A DNA stretch of 64,000 nucleotides. Source: Acholeplasma sp. CAG:878. Lineage in GTDB: Bacteria; Bacillota_I; Bacilli_A; RF39; UBA660. The translations under genes were made by a program, and so were the position numbers. The notes beneath the pieces were generated by a model. It saw only the letters and a program-made list of their open reading frames with translations, was not told the DNA's origin and did no database searches. The stretch spans positions 65-64,064 of the forward strand of contig HF989926.1 of NCBI GenBank assembly GCA_000432255.1. Reading direction: 5' to 3'. Shown piece after piece: positions 62,904 to 64,000 of this stretch. The stretch's first letter is position 1, and each line of letters begins with the position of its first letter.

Positions 62904-64000
62904 ATGATTAAAAATGCATTTGCATATGTAACTAGAAAAAGTCTAAAATCAATAATTATATTGTTAGTTATAACAGCCATGTCAACACTTTGTCTTATTA
63001 GTTTATCAATCAAAGATGCTACGAACAGAGCATCAAAAGAAACTTTTGGAAATATAACAAATAGTTTCTCTATGGAAATAAACCGAAGAGTTAATTTTGG
63101 AACACCAAGAGGTGGTGGCAATATAAAAGGACAAGATATTAAAAAAATAGCTGAATCTAAAGACATTGATTCATATGTAAAAAGAATTAATAGTGTTGCT
63201 GATTTAGTAGATAATGATATAATAGAAACTCAAAAAACACTTTCAGGACAATCACCAGAAAGAGCAAAAAACTTTAAAAGAGCTGTTATGTTAACAGGAG
63301 TTAATGATTCATCAAAAGAAAATAAGTTTATCTCAGGAGCTTATAAATTATCTAGTGGTGAACACTTAAATGAAAATGATAAAAACAAGATTTTAATGCA
63401 TAAAGACTTAGCAGAAAAAAATAATTTAAAAATTGGAGATAAAATAAAAATAAAATCTAATTTATTTGATGCCGATAATGAAAAAGGTGCAAATGAAAAA
63501 GTAGAAGTTGAGATAAAAGGTCTTTTCGACGGTCATAATGAAACTGGTGTTACTGTAGCCCAAGAACTTTACGAAAATACTTTGATAACTGATTTAGATA
63601 CGGCTGCAAAAGTATATGGAAATACAGAGGATACTGTAGTATATCAAGATGCAACATTTTTTGTAAAAGGTGATAAAAATTTAGATAAGGTTATTAAAAA
63701 TATTGAAAAACTTGATATAGATTGGAAACAATATAATTTGATTAAAAGTTCAAATAATTACCCAGCACTACAACAATCAATATCAGGTATATATAAAATA
63801 GCTAACAAATTATTTGCAGGCTCATTATTATTTGCAGGTGTTACAGTTTCATTACTATTGTTTTTATGGATGAATGCTAGAAAAAAAGAAATTGCAATTT
63901 TACTTTCATTATTACAGTTTCATTACTATTATTCTTATGGATGAATGCTAGAAAAAAAGAAATTGCAATTTTACTTTCATTAGGAATTTCAAAAGCCAAA
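62904..64000 (+). CDS. Second FtsX-family permease, disrupted near window end by a 71-bp tandem duplication (frameshift); continues beyond window
   Basis: The N-terminus MIKNAFAYVTRKSLKSIIILLV is paralogous to 60969-62246. The ORF terminates at 63944 inside the duplicated segment. Reading on from copy 2 gives ...MNARKKEIAILLSLGISKAK. Confidence 0.65.
63841..63982 (+). repeat. Imperfect tandem duplication, 2 x 71 bp (69/71 identical)
   Basis: Copy 1 at 63841-63911 and copy 2 at 63912-63982, differing only at tgttttt vs tattctt. The unit length is not a multiple of 3. Confidence 0.85.

Overview
AT-rich (about 28-30% GC) chromosomal segment of a low-GC Gram-positive bacterium, standard code 11 (Trp is TGG, TGA terminates ORFs). 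Gene content suggests an endospore-former. The window opens inside an rRNA operon (3' ~950 nt of 23S, then 5S). Housekeeping loci follow: rimP-nusA-ylxR-infB, rbfA, T-box-controlled tyrS, tsaE-tsaB-rimI-tsaD, uvrA and spoVB-like / comN-like / relA / dtd. A sporulation-type cluster sits after uvrA: a Tyr/Pro-rich small protein, a PdaB-like deacetylase, a SpoVID-like LysM protein and a YsxE/CotS-like protein. The feature most worth follow-up is a tightly packed, co-directional ~12.5 kb operon (32055-44622). It joins a Tad-like secretion core (CpaB-like, CpaF/TadA ATPase, TadB-like, TadC-like) to a small Cys-rich pilin-like gene with its own terminator. It also carries two very large proteins with classical PilD-type prepilin N-termini: a 497-aa protein with an FGE-sulfatase/C-type-lectin-like domain and a ~930-aa protein with four tandem ~95-aa repeats plus a Big_3-like module. 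The operon is led by a PASTA-polysaccharide deacetylase and contains three unknown membrane proteins. No prepilin peptidase or TadZ is visible in the window. A second notable region is a ~9 kb island inserted at tRNA-Leu(CAA), 50757-59838, bounded by a degenerate copy of the tRNA 3' end. It carries a large serine recombinase behind a promoter / leader-ORF / terminator module, a MobV relaxase, an oriT-like palindrome cluster, unknown cargo, a decayed KilA-N gene and an ABC-2 transporter. Other points: an orphan LytTR response regulator and XRE pair next to a signal-less GH25 muramidase; several decaying genes (HD hydrolase, MscS, KilA-N, Fic) that each combine an in-frame TAA with homopolymer frameshifts; a consensus promoter followed by a leader hairpin upstream of an FtsX-type ABC transporter; a 71-bp imperfect tandem duplication that frameshifts an FtsX permease; and three 23-bp-phased direct repeats upstream of an AAA ATPase inserted between infB and rbfA. 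All calls rest on reading the sequence and translated ORFs by eye and on remembered family motifs. No database search was run.
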